Assembly: GCA_964568455.1 (NCBI GenBank)
Contig: CAZMPJ010000002.1
Location: forward strand, 21,769 to 85,768
Source: an uncultured bacterium
GTDB taxonomy: Bacteria; Margulisbacteria; WOR-1; O2-12-FULL-45-9
Length of the DNA stretch: 64,000 nucleotides
Direction: 5' to 3'
A model generated the notes under the pieces. It did no database searches. It was given only the letters and a program-made list of their open reading frames with translations, and was not told where the DNA came from. Positions 40,683-49,964 of the stretch are shown here, in pieces. The translations under genes were made by a program, and so were the position numbers. How positions within the stretch are numbered: position 1 is the first letter of the stretch; each line of letters starts with the position of its first letter.

Positions 40683-40757
40683 GGCGCCCGTAGCTCAGCT
40701 GGATAGAGCAACAGATTTCTAATCTGTAGGCCACAGGTTCGAATCCTGTCGGGTGCG
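40683..40757 (+). tRNA. tRNA-Arg (TCT)
   Basis: Anticodon loop TTTCTAA. D-loop AGCTCAGCTGGATAGAGC. Confidence 0.8.
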
Positions 40758-40765
40758 CGTTTAAT

Positions 40766-40846
40766 GGGCGAGTGGCGGAACTGGCAGACGCACTAGACTT
40801 AGGATCTAGCGGTTTATCCGTGGAGGTTCAAATCCTCTCTCGCCCA
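40766..40846 (+). tRNA. tRNA-Leu (TAG)
   Basis: Anticodon loop CTTAGGA and a long variable arm (class II). Confidence 0.75.
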
Positions 40847-40863
40847 TGTTATTATGTCAAAGT

Positions 40864-40936
<73 letters not shown>

Positions 40937-40938
40937 AT

Positions 40939-41011
40939 GCGCCACTAGCTCAACTGGCAGAGCAGGACACTCTTAATGTCAAGGTTATAGGTTCAACTCC
41001 TATGTGGCGCA
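40939..41011 (+). tRNA. tRNA-Lys (CTT), identity tentative
   Basis: Anticodon loop CTCTTAA with U33 and A37. There is a G-A mismatch at the base of the anticodon stem. The T-arm is ATAGG/CCTAT. Confidence 0.6.
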
Positions 41012-41035
41012 CTTTTTAATATTGCTGAATTGATT

Positions 41036-42190
41036 TTAGGGGTTTGACCAAGAAGCTCCATCCCATTTTGCAATATAAGCAAAGGGTGAAGTGACTTCCC
41101 AAGTAAAAGCTCCGCCAGCATATAAATTGCCAGAGCTGTTAAAAGCTAGTGTTTTTACGTAATCATTCAAGCCATCTCCTAGGGCAGACCAAGAAGATCC
41201 GTTCCACTTTGCAATACGGTTAACCGTAGTTGTTTCTGCGCTAGTAAAGTTTCCTCCAACATATAAATTTCCACCACTGTCAAAAGCCAGTGTATTTACA
41301 ATTCCATTTAAACCATCTCCCAGGGTAGACCAAACCAGGCCATTCCATTTGGCAATATAATTAGCGGAAAGACTGCCGGCAGTGGTAAAAACTCCGCCAA
41401 CGTATAAATTATCTGAACTATCAATAGCTAATGCATTTACATCTTGATTCAATCCTGCTCCTAGACCAAACCAAGATGATCCATCCCATTTTGCCACACG
41501 ATTAGCTGAAGTACTGCCGATAGCAGTAAAACTTCCTCCAATATATAAGTTTCCCGAGCTGTCAAAAGCCAGGGCATATACATTGGCAGAATTAATATTG
41601 CTAGATCCAACCGCAGACCAAGCAGCGGTGTTCCATTTAGCAAGATAAGCAGCTGAAACAGTACCGGCTGTAGTAAACCCTCCGCCAGCATATAAATTTC
41701 CAGCACTATCAAAAAGAAGACTTAGTACTGTTGAATCAAATCCAGCCCCTAAGGCAGACCAAGAAGAACCATTCCATTTAGCCGTGTAATTAAAAGCAGT
41801 GGTTAAAGTTGATTCCCAGGTAAAAGCTCCACCAGCGTGTAAATTGCCAGAACTGTCAAAAGCCAATGCGTTTACGTCTTTATCAAACCCATCTCCTAAG
41901 GCAGACCAGGTAGCTCCATCCCATTTGCCAATGTAATTAAGGGAAGTGGCCCCGGCTGTAACAAAAGAACCGCCAACATATAAATCTCCCGAACTATCAA
42001 AAGCAATTGCTTTGACAACACTATTTAAAGTAGAACCTGAACTTATGGTTGTAGTAGTACTAGTGGTGGTAGTTGTTGTGGTAGTGCCAGACTGTCCACA
42101 ACCTGTAGTATAAAAAACAAACAACAAACAACAAACAATAGCCAATATCAAAATACTAAATTTTTTCATAATAAATATTATAACATGCAA
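41036..42190 (-). CDS. surface lipoprotein with poly-Thr linker and about 7 beta-propeller-type repeats
   Basis: Signal peptide with Cys. A TTTTTTTTSTTTT linker. Repeated roughly 48-aa units (IAKWDGSSWSALG.G.N..VNALAFDSSGNLY.GG.FT). Confidence 0.5.
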   Translation of the reverse strand: MHVIIFIMKKFSILILAIVCCLLFVFYTTGCGQSGTTTTTTTTSTTTTISSGSTLNSVVKAIAFDSSGDLYVGGSFVTAGATSLNYIGKWDGATWSALGDGFDKDVNALAFDSSGNLHAGGAFTWESTLTTAFNYTAKWNGSSWSALGAGFDSTVLSLLFDSAGNLYAGGGFTTAGTVSAAYLAKWNTAAWSAVGSSNINSANVYALAFDSSGNLYIGGSFTAIGSTSANRVAKWDGSSWFGLGAGLNQDVNALAIDSSDNLYVGGVFTTAGSLSANYIAKWNGLVWSTLGDGLNGIVNTLAFDSGGNLYVGGNFTSAETTTVNRIAKWNGSSWSALGDGLNDYVKTLAFNSSGNLYAGGAFTWEVTSPFAYIAKWDGASWSNP

Positions 42191-42221
42191 AGAGATTTTT
42201 TAGGTATGTTATAATAAAAAT

Positions 42222-43424
42222 GTGAAACCAGAATTATTAATTCCAGCCGGAGATTTGGAAAAGCTTGAAACCGCAGTGCGGTTTGGGGCGGATGCGGTAT
42301 ATGTGGGGGGAGGGGATTTTTCTCTTCGGGCTGCACAAACCTCGTTTTCTCTTGATGATTTAAAAAAAGGGATTAAATTTGCTCATCAGCATAAAGTTAA
42401 AATCTATTTAGCCATTAATATCTTCGCTTTTGATGAAGACTTAAAACCCATGCTTGATTATTTAGACCAAGCAGTTAAACTGGGAATTGACGCGGCAATT
42501 ATTTCAGATCCTGGCTTTATATATATAGTAAAGCAGAAATATCCCAAACTAAAGATCCACTTAAGCACCCAGGCTAATAGTTTAAACTCTGAAACAGTTA
42601 AATTTTGGAAAGAGCAGGGAATTAAACGCATTGTCTTAGGCCGTGAATTAAGTTTAGACCAAATTAAAAACATTAGAAAAACGGTTCCAGATATAGAGCT
42701 TGAACTTTTTGTCCATGGTGCCATGTGTATGTCTTATTCTGGTCGTTGTCTGCTTTCAAAATTCATGACGGGGAGAAGTGCGAACCGAGGAGAATGTACT
42801 CATCCTTGCCGCTGGCAGTATCGTTTAAAAGAAATGGAGCGGCCGGATGAAGAATTTTTAATTGAGGAAGATGAACGCGGCACCTATATAATGAATTCAA
42901 AAGACCTTTGTATGATTGAGCATGTTGCTAAACTAATTGAAGCAGGTGTTAATTCATTTAAAATCGAAGGCCGCATGAAATCTGCCTACTATGTTTCTAT
43001 TGCCACTAAGATTTATCGCCAAGCCATTGATCAAAATCCAAAATATGATCCAGCTTGGAAATTCGAATTAGAAAATATTTCCCACCGCAATTATACGACT
43101 GGATTTTATTTAGATGAAGATGATCGGGAAAATGTTGGCGATAGCTCTTATCAGAGAAAATATGCTTTTGTTGGCGTAGTTGATGACTGCAACTCTAAAA
43201 AACAGGAATTAAAAGTTAAGGCCCGCAACTATTTTGCAGTTGGCGATGAGCTGGAGATAGTTGATCCAAAAATAGATGAAATCAGGCGGTTTAAAGTTCG
43301 AAAAGCTATTAATCAAGATGGTTTAGATGTGCAGAAAGTGCATAACCAGAATTATGTAAGCCTTACATATGATGGTAAGTACGACGTAAGTAAGTATTCA
43401 TTATTAAGAAGGAGAGTAAGTTGA
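42222..43424 (+). CDS. peptidase U32 family protein
   Basis: N-terminal PAGDLEKL..A...GADAVY(V/I)GG motif and a conserved central Cys-rich region. Confidence 0.8.
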   Translation: MKPELLIPAGDLEKLETAVRFGADAVYVGGGDFSLRAAQTSFSLDDLKKGIKFAHQHKVKIYLAINIFAFDEDLKPMLDYLDQAVKLGIDAAIISDPGFIYIVKQKYPKLKIHLSTQANSLNSETVKFWKEQGIKRIVLGRELSLDQIKNIRKTVPDIELELFVHGAMCMSYSGRCLLSKFMTGRSANRGECTHPCRWQYRLKEMERPDEEFLIEEDERGTYIMNSKDLCMIEHVAKLIEAGVNSFKIEGRMKSAYYVSIATKIYRQAIDQNPKYDPAWKFELENISHRNYTTGFYLDEDDRENVGDSSYQRKYAFVGVVDDCNSKKQELKVKARNYFAVGDELEIVDPKIDEIRRFKVRKAINQDGLDVQKVHNQNYVSLTYDGKYDVSKYSLLRRRVS

Positions 43425-44407
43425 AAACAGCAATTATTGGATCCCCGCAAGCAGGCCAGCAGGAATTATTTTGTCTTTTAACCCAGATAGATCTGGATAT
43501 GGTTAGGCAAAAACCATTGGATGTGCATTTGGGTATATGCGAGGTTAAAGATCCACGCATTGACCAATTGGTAAAAATATTTAATCCTAAAAAAATCACT
43601 TATGCCCGCATTGAGTATATGCTTTTGCCGGGTTTTAATCTTAAGCAAATGAAAAACGCAGATGAAATCTGCTGGGTTACTCTGCTAGAAAATGCAGAAG
43701 CTGATATTGCTAATTTTGTGGCCGAAATGATTATTTCTGACCTGATGCTAATTGAAAAACGACTGGAAAATATTGCTAAAGACCAGAAAAGAAAGTTTGA
43801 TCAGCAAAGGGAAAAAGAAAAACAATTCATGGAGCTTTGCAAAAAGCAATTAGATCAGGAAAAATCTTTGAGCCTTTTATCCTTTTCGCCAGAACAGGCA
43901 AAAGAGATTAAAACCTATCAATTTTTAACCATGAAGCCGATTATTATTGTAGTTAATGTGCCAGAGGATAAAATTAATGATTCAGCTATAACAGAAAACA
44001 TTATTTATCCAAGTGTGCAATTGAGCATTGGGCTGGAATCAGAAATTAATCAATTAGATCCAGCTGATCGCGGAGCTTTTATGCAGGAAATGGGGATTGA
44101 CCAGCCGGCAGTAGAGAAAATGTCGATCATGGCCTATGAGGGTCTGGGTTTAATTTCATTTTTTACCGTAGGGGAGGATGAGGTAAGGGCTTGGACTATT
44201 AGAAAAAACTCAACTGCAGCGCAAGCGGGTGGCGCCATTCATTCTGATATTGAAAAAGGCTTTGTGCGGGCAGAGATGTGTTGTTATCAAGATTTGCTGG
44301 CAGCGGGTTCAGAAGCAAAGTTAAAAGAAAAAGGTAAATACCACCTTAAAGGCCGCGATTATATTGTACAGGATGGCGATGTGTTAGCTTTTCGATTTAA
44401 TGTTTAG
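43421..44407 (+). CDS. YchF/OLA1-like protein with degenerate Walker A (pseudo-GTPase?)
   Basis: The C-terminal TGS domain is closely YchF-like (KGRDYIVQDGDVLAFRFNV). The N-terminal G1 position reads IIGSPQAGQQELF instead of GxPNVGKST. The protein is about 35 aa shorter than canonical YchF. Confidence 0.5.
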   Translation: MKTAIIGSPQAGQQELFCLLTQIDLDMVRQKPLDVHLGICEVKDPRIDQLVKIFNPKKITYARIEYMLLPGFNLKQMKNADEICWVTLLENAEADIANFVAEMIISDLMLIEKRLENIAKDQKRKFDQQREKEKQFMELCKKQLDQEKSLSLLSFSPEQAKEIKTYQFLTMKPIIIVVNVPEDKINDSAITENIIYPSVQLSIGLESEINQLDPADRGAFMQEMGIDQPAVEKMSIMAYEGLGLISFFTVGEDEVRAWTIRKNSTAAQAGGAIHSDIEKGFVRAEMCCYQDLLAAGSEAKLKEKGKYHLKGRDYIVQDGDVLAFRFNV

Positions 44408-44502
44408 CTTTGCTGAGAACAAAGATTTGAGATTTTGGGAATCCCGAAATATTCACGAAAGACCTAGGCGCTAAAACCCGAAGGAATTTTCTCAAAAACT
44501 CT

Positions 44503-44555
44503 AAAACCCAAATCATCCCGAACATTATTATAGTTTTTGGGAAGATTTGGGTTTT
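44503..44555 (+). promoter_or_regulatory. long imperfect hairpin within a structured 290-nt leader/intergenic region
   Basis: AAAACCCAAATCATCCCGAACA ... TTTTTGGGAAGATTTGGGTTTT forms a roughly 20-bp stem with one or two mismatches. Additional crossing complementarities lie on either side (CCCGAAAT/ATTTTCGGG and CACGAAA/TTTCGTG). Confidence 0.4.
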
Positions 44556-44701
44556 TGGATTTTCGGGCTGTTTCTTCGTGTTTTCGTGACTGTCAATCTA
44601 GTGAGCATTTCGTAATTTCGGATATTTGTGAATAAAAAACATTGAAATTTCTTAGAAAACCTGTCGAAATAGAAGTAGCAAAAGTAAAGGAGGAATTTAT
44701 C

Positions 44702-45208
44702 ATGGGAATAATTACGAATTCATTAACCAGTGCTTATTATTGTGCTAGGCGAGGGGTGCAGATTGTAAAAAAACAAAGCAATTATATGAAGGGTTTGCAT
44801 GCTTTTACTTGTTTATTTAGCCAGGCTTTGTTTTCACAAAAGGATATAACTATTAATGTTAAAAATAGGGAAATTAATTACGACGGTTATATTCCGGATT
44901 TCTGTAGAAGTGTATTGCCAAAAGGAATTACGCAGGCTTTAGAAAATAGGCAAATTGATGTAGTGCAAATAAGAGTTAAGAGCACAGTTGAAGATTCTTG
45001 TCCCGATGGAACCATTAAATATTTACTAAGGAATAGCTTCCGTGCTTTAGCCTTGCATGGCATAAAGGATATGTCGATTGAGTACAATCTTGCTAATCAA
45101 AGTGTAACCGGGCTTAACTTTTTTGTGGATGGTGTAGCGCAAATATCGCAAGCTCTGGGTGTTGAAAATGGGATTGTGATTGATATAGAGATTAGTCAAA
45201 GGAACTAA
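44702..45208 (+). CDS. hypothetical protein
   Basis: The start was moved to the ATG preceded by AAGGAGG. No recognisable motif. Translationally coupled (3-nt gap) to the downstream radical SAM gene. Confidence 0.35.
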   Translation: MGIITNSLTSAYYCARRGVQIVKKQSNYMKGLHAFTCLFSQALFSQKDITINVKNREINYDGYIPDFCRSVLPKGITQALENRQIDVVQIRVKSTVEDSCPDGTIKYLLRNSFRALALHGIKDMSIEYNLANQSVTGLNFFVDGVAQISQALGVENGIVIDIEISQRN

Positions 45209-45211
45209 CAA

Positions 45212-47176
45212 ATGTTTAGAGTTGCCCCCAAAACAGGAATAACCCCCCGTGGTAAGATTCTTTTTGCCAGTAGGATGACGGATCCTAAAGGCTTTGACAA
45301 GATATCTAGTAATTTGGGCTTCATGATACCTCCTTTACGAGACCATGGTTATGAAGTATTAGTTAGCCAAGCTAATGTGGGTCTTATGCGTAGTTCTGCG
45401 GGGTTTTTATTTATGGAAGATTTGCAAGCTGGAGAACGTTTTAGAGAAGACTTGGCGAGATCTGAAAAACAAGTGATTGAGACTATGCAAGAAGAAATAG
45501 ACGTTCATGAGCCGGATTTTGTGGCCTTTTCTGCATATGACATAAATGTTTTAAGTATTTTTAATATTGCTACTGCTTTAGCTAAAAGTAATCCCACGGT
45601 TGCGTTTGTTTTTGGCGGACATTTTATTACTATTAATCCGCAGGTGGTCAGAGATAATTTTACCGACTTTCCTAATATAATCATGATAAATGGAGAAGCC
45701 GAATTTGCTTTACCCCAAGCTTTAATGGCTTTTCAAGATTCCACAAAAATTGAATCACCAGGAATTTTTATTCAAAGGATGGATGCGCTTATTGGTGATA
45801 CTTTTGATCAGCGTGTAAGCCTTACCTCAGAAGAGCATGCTGGTTTAGAGTTTTATCTTGATGTGCAAGCAGACCAGTTAAGGTTTATGTTAACAGAATT
45901 TAATGAGCCAGGCGTTGATCTGTTTACTTCAAGAGGATGTTTTAGAGGTTGTTCTTATTGTGCTGCTAGTTCAGCCATAAGAAGTCGTTTTGTTACTTGG
46001 TCTGCGTCTTCTATTGTGGAACAAATTAGCCAGGCTTTTAGCTGGGCCAGAGAAAAAGTAGGTCTCCATAAATTAAATATTGGTTTGATAGATGATGATC
46101 GATTAAGATCACCTAGGATAATTAGCGAGCTTATGACGTTAATTAAAGCAAGCGACTTGCGCAACAAGATAAAATTGCATATGCAAGGATGCTTTTCTGG
46201 TTTAGTTGATGGAGAAGGGAATGTGCGAACAGATTTAATGGATGAAATGCAAGGTGTGGTTGGTTTAATAAATATTGGTGGGGATTTTTGGGACACAGAA
46301 GGACGTTTGCGAAATAGGGGTGGGGATGAAAGCAAGTTGTCTAATGCAAAAATTAGGGAAATTATAAAAGAGTTAGCCAAAAGAGAAATAGCGGCTCGCT
46401 TATATTGGCTTTTGGGTGACGAAAAAACAACCATTTCTGCCATGACCGAAACAGCTTTGTTTTTAAATGAGCTTTATCTTGATTTCGCTCCTTTTATAAA
46501 ACTTGATGTTCCTGAACCTGTTTTTCCCTATTCTGGCACTCCTCTTCGTCAGAGATTAGAAGCTTCAGCAGAAGGAAAAAAGCTTCTTAAGGTTGCCTCT
46601 CGGTTAGGTTCTTTTCCAATTTATGATTTTATTCTGCCTCCTGGAAAGTTAATCGCAAAGGTGTATAGGGATGTGTCTTTAAATTGTCATATGGTTGGGA
46701 GTGAAGTGACCCCTAGTGTTTTCGTAAATTATCTTTATCTCTTTAGCAAACAATGGCGTTCTAGGATGAGAGAAAATCAGAAAGATATATTAGATGAAGC
46801 TGTTGATTTATTGAAACAAGGTATTTCGGTTACACAAATAAGACAGTTCTTGCCGGAAATAGAAAAATTGCCTACCATTTTTAGGTTTGCCGAAGAAGAA
46901 CCTCGACAGTTTAGTATTGAAGAATTATTAGAAGCTTATCATGCCATGTTAAGTATTCCTGAATATTATGGTACACGTGAGCTTCTAAGGGCAGAAGAAT
47001 CAAGAAGAAACCCGATTTTAGCTAAATCGCACAGCGGCGAGATAGATCATAGAGGGAAAAAACTAAGAAAGAGACCCAACGACCCTTGTCCTTGTGCTAG
47101 TGGTAAAAAATATAAAAAGTGTTGTGGGGTGGGGAAAGTTGGAAAGAAAAAGAAGAAAAAGAAGAAGAAACAGTAA
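45212..47176 (+). CDS. B12-binding-domain radical SAM protein with C-terminal SEC-C zinc motif and poly-Lys tail
   Basis: Rossmann-like N-terminal domain. CxxxCxxC (CFRGCSYC) radical SAM cluster motif. C-terminal DPCPCASGKKYKKCCG matches the SecA SEC-C zinc-binding motif. Ends KKKKKKKKKQ. Confidence 0.55.
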   Translation: MFRVAPKTGITPRGKILFASRMTDPKGFDKISSNLGFMIPPLRDHGYEVLVSQANVGLMRSSAGFLFMEDLQAGERFREDLARSEKQVIETMQEEIDVHEPDFVAFSAYDINVLSIFNIATALAKSNPTVAFVFGGHFITINPQVVRDNFTDFPNIIMINGEAEFALPQALMAFQDSTKIESPGIFIQRMDALIGDTFDQRVSLTSEEHAGLEFYLDVQADQLRFMLTEFNEPGVDLFTSRGCFRGCSYCAASSAIRSRFVTWSASSIVEQISQAFSWAREKVGLHKLNIGLIDDDRLRSPRIISELMTLIKASDLRNKIKLHMQGCFSGLVDGEGNVRTDLMDEMQGVVGLINIGGDFWDTEGRLRNRGGDESKLSNAKIREIIKELAKREIAARLYWLLGDEKTTISAMTETALFLNELYLDFAPFIKLDVPEPVFPYSGTPLRQRLEASAEGKKLLKVASRLGSFPIYDFILPPGKLIAKVYRDVSLNCHMVGSEVTPSVFVNYLYLFSKQWRSRMRENQKDILDEAVDLLKQGISVTQIRQFLPEIEKLPTIFRFAEEEPRQFSIEELLEAYHAMLSIPEYYGTRELLRAEESRRNPILAKSHSGEIDHRGKKLRKRPNDPCPCASGKKYKKCCGVGKVGKKKKKKKKKQ

Positions 47177-47225
47177 CTTTTCACGCAATTTTTGCATTCT
47201 TTTTAATAAACTTAGTTTTTTTATC

Positions 47226-47254
47226 TTGACAAAAATATTAACTACCATGTATGC
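47226..47254 (+). promoter_or_regulatory. putative promoter (TTGACA -35) upstream of the pdaD operon
   Basis: Perfect TTGACA at 47226-47231, with a weak -10 candidate (GTATGC/TATAAA) 17-24 nt downstream. Confidence 0.3.
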
Positions 47255-47263
47255 TTATAAAAT

Positions 47264-47842
47264 ATGAGTATATTAGTACCAAAAAGAATTTTTTTAACTA
47301 AAGGGGTTGGCCGACATAAAGAAAGATTGGCTAGCTTTGAGATGGCGCTGCGGGATGCAGGTATTCAAGCAGTTAACTATGTTCAAGTTTCTAGTATTTT
47401 CCCTCCTGGTTGCAAACAAATTTCTAAAGATCAAGGTTTAAAATTAATTAAACCCGGAGAAATTTCTTTTATCGTCATGGCAAAAAATGCGACTGACGAA
47501 TCTCATCGCCTAATCTCTGCTTCGGTTGGCATGGCTATTCCTACTGATGTTACTTCTTATGGTTATCTAAGCGAACATCATGCAGAAGGGGCGACTGACG
47601 AAGAATGTGGTGAGTATGCCGAAGATATTGCCGCTCAAATGCTGGCAACTACTTTAGGCGTGCCTTTTGATGAAGACTCAAGTTGGGACGAAAGACAAGA
47701 TCAATGGAAACTTTCTGATCAAATTGTTAAAACTACTCATATAACCCAAAGTGCTATTGGCCAACGAGGAGGGTGGACTACTGTTGTAGCTGCGGCCGTG
47801 CTTTTGCTTGACCACCAAGTTCAAGATGAGCCTGCAAGTTAA
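47264..47842 (+). CDS. pdaD: pyruvoyl-dependent arginine decarboxylase
   Basis: ALRDAGIQAVNYVQVSS|IFPP matches the PdaD self-cleavage Ser-Ser site region. About 190 aa. Confidence 0.65.
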   Translation: MSILVPKRIFLTKGVGRHKERLASFEMALRDAGIQAVNYVQVSSIFPPGCKQISKDQGLKLIKPGEISFIVMAKNATDESHRLISASVGMAIPTDVTSYGYLSEHHAEGATDEECGEYAEDIAAQMLATTLGVPFDEDSSWDERQDQWKLSDQIVKTTHITQSAIGQRGGWTTVVAAAVLLLDHQVQDEPAS

Positions 47843-48536
47843 AGGATTCATTGAAACCTCTTTTTTAGATTGGGACGGCAAAATTGTTTCCACTCTTTAT
47901 GTTCCCGGCTGTAACTTTCGTTGTCCCTTTTGCCATAATTCTGGTTTAATTGAAAATCCAAATCATTATGATACTATTCCCTTGGAAAAAATTAAAAGTT
48001 TTATGTCAGAACATAAAGATTTTCTAGATGGGATTTGTTTAACCGGCGGAGAACCTTGTCTGCATAAAAATTCAGGATTAGACGACTTTTTAAAACAAAT
48101 TAAAGATTTGGGTTTTCAAATTAAATTTGATACCAATGGTACTGACCCGGAATATTTAAAAAAGTTAATTGATCAGCAGCTAATTGATTATGTTGCCATG
48201 GATATTAAGGGTCCACTGGATGAGCGTTATGACCGTTTAACCGGGATTAAAACTGATTTAGATAAAATTAAGCAAAGCATAAAAATTATTATGCAAAGCA
48301 ACCTTGCTTATGAATTTAGAACCACGGTAGTGCCTACGTTATTGGATAATAAAGATATGGAAGATATTGCTATTGAGCTAGAAGGCGCTAAAAAAATCGT
48401 GCTGCAGCAATTTGTAGCGGAAAATTGTTGGGACGAGGGCCTGCGGAAATTGAAACCTTATGAGAAGGAAAAATTAGAGGAAATGGTCAAGATCATGAAG
48501 CCTTATGTTTCCAATACCTTAATTAGGGGGGCGTGA
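47826..48536 (+). CDS. radical SAM activating-enzyme-like protein (NrdG/TIGR02495-like family)
   Basis: FLDWDGKIVSTLYVPGCNFRCPFCHN: an N-terminal CxxxCxxC located as in class III RNR / glycyl-radical activases. Start at the internal ATG 47826, overlapping the pdaD stop. Confidence 0.55.
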   Translation: MSLQVKGFIETSFLDWDGKIVSTLYVPGCNFRCPFCHNSGLIENPNHYDTIPLEKIKSFMSEHKDFLDGICLTGGEPCLHKNSGLDDFLKQIKDLGFQIKFDTNGTDPEYLKKLIDQQLIDYVAMDIKGPLDERYDRLTGIKTDLDKIKQSIKIIMQSNLAYEFRTTVVPTLLDNKDMEDIAIELEGAKKIVLQQFVAENCWDEGLRKLKPYEKEKLEEMVKIMKPYVSNTLIRGA

Positions 48537-49288
48537 TGAAGTATGTTTATGGTCCTGTTCCCAGTTGGCGGTTGGGTAGGTCGCTTGGGGTGGACTTGAT
48601 TTCCGGTGAGCATACTTGTTCTTTTAATTGCCTTTACTGTCAACTCGGTGAAACCAAAAATAAAACCAGGCAGAGGAAGGTTTTTAATTCGACCAAAGAT
48701 ATTATTAAAGATATAGAGCAATTGCCAGAAGTGGAGTTTGATTACATCACACTTTCTGGAACAGGTGAGCCAAGCTTAGGCTTAAACTTGGGTGAAGTGG
48801 TGCGAGAACTTAAAAAACGATTTGATAAACCAGTAGCGATTTTAACTAATGCAACTTTAATGTCTGATCCTAAAGTTCGCGAGCAACTTAGCAATTGTGA
48901 TTTAGTCATTGCCAAGTTAGACGCAGCGGAAGAGGGTTTATTGCAAATTATTAATCAGCCGGTTGAAGTTGATTTAGCGGCAATAATAGAGGGAATAAAA
49001 AAGTTTAACCAAGAATATCCTGGTAAACTGGCTTTGCAGATTATGTTTGTTGAGCAAAATAAGAATCAAGCAGCTGGATTAGCTAAATTGGCCAAAGAAA
49101 TCAATCCAGTTGAGGTGCAGATTAACACTCCGCTTAGACCTTGCGACATAAAACCTTTAGCCAAGGAAGAAATTGATAAAATTAAAAAATTATTTTCTCC
49201 TCTACAAGTTACTTCGGTTTATGATGCTGAAAGACCAAGGATTAAACCCTTGGACGAACAACAAACCAGGAAACGAAGGCCAAGATGA
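48533..49288 (+). CDS. radical SAM protein (GPVPSxRLGRSLG family)
   Basis: N-terminal YGPVPSWRLGRSLGVDL followed by CSFNCLYCQ (CxxxCxxC). ATGA overlap with the upstream gene. Confidence 0.55.
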   Translation: MMKYVYGPVPSWRLGRSLGVDLISGEHTCSFNCLYCQLGETKNKTRQRKVFNSTKDIIKDIEQLPEVEFDYITLSGTGEPSLGLNLGEVVRELKKRFDKPVAILTNATLMSDPKVREQLSNCDLVIAKLDAAEEGLLQIINQPVEVDLAAIIEGIKKFNQEYPGKLALQIMFVEQNKNQAAGLAKLAKEINPVEVQINTPLRPCDIKPLAKEEIDKIKKLFSPLQVTSVYDAERPRIKPLDEQQTRKRRPR

Positions 49289-49929
49289 TTAAAGAGAATG
49301 TACAAAAGATATTAGCTGAGTTGCCAGAAGGGGTGGGGTTGGTTGCAGCAGCGAAAACTCGTTCTTTACCAGAAATTCAAGAAGCAGTGGCAGCTGGAGT
49401 AAAAATTATTGGCGAAAATTATATTCAAGAAGCAGCGCAAATAGTTGGAGAGGTTGGGAAGTTGGCTAAATTGCACTTTATTGGCCATTTGCAAAAAAAT
49501 AAAGTTAAAAAAGCAGTAGAAATATTTGATTTAATTGAAACTGTTGATTCTTATGCACTGGCCCAAGAAATCGATAAGCGTTGCGGGCAGATTAATAAAA
49601 TCATGCCAATTTTAATTGAAATAAACAGTGGTCAGGAAGGTCAGAAGTCTGGGGTCCTGCCACAAGTAGCAGAAACTTTAATCAAACAAATTTCCGCGCT
49701 GAAAAATATTAAAATAATGGGTTTAATGACCATGGGGCCTCTTGCCAATTTCCGTCCTTGTTTTGTAGCAACTAAGAAGCTTTTTGATAAAGTTAAGGCG
49801 CTTGGTTTGCCTGGAGTAGAGATGCACTATCTTTCTATGGGCATGACCGATTCCTACAAAGTTGCGATTGAAGAAGGGGCTAATCTGGTTAGGATCGGCA
49901 CTAAGATTTTTGGACAAAGAATAAAATAG
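49285..49929 (+). CDS. yggS: YggS family pyridoxal phosphate homeostasis protein
   Basis: LVAAAKTRS (PLP-binding Lys), an alanine-racemase-N-like TIM barrel, about 214 aa. Confidence 0.75.
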   Translation: MIKENVQKILAELPEGVGLVAAAKTRSLPEIQEAVAAGVKIIGENYIQEAAQIVGEVGKLAKLHFIGHLQKNKVKKAVEIFDLIETVDSYALAQEIDKRCGQINKIMPILIEINSGQEGQKSGVLPQVAETLIKQISALKNIKIMGLMTMGPLANFRPCFVATKKLFDKVKALGLPGVEMHYLSMGMTDSYKVAIEEGANLVRIGTKIFGQRIK

Positions 49930-49964
49930 CGTGTATTTTTGCCCTCTTATTTTTAGACGGCCAC

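Noticed and set aside
42040-42100. GTAGT/GGT-rich DNA repeat
   Set aside because: It is simply the coding sequence of the poly-Thr linker of the beta-propeller lipoprotein (minus strand), not an independent tandem repeat or CRISPR-like array.
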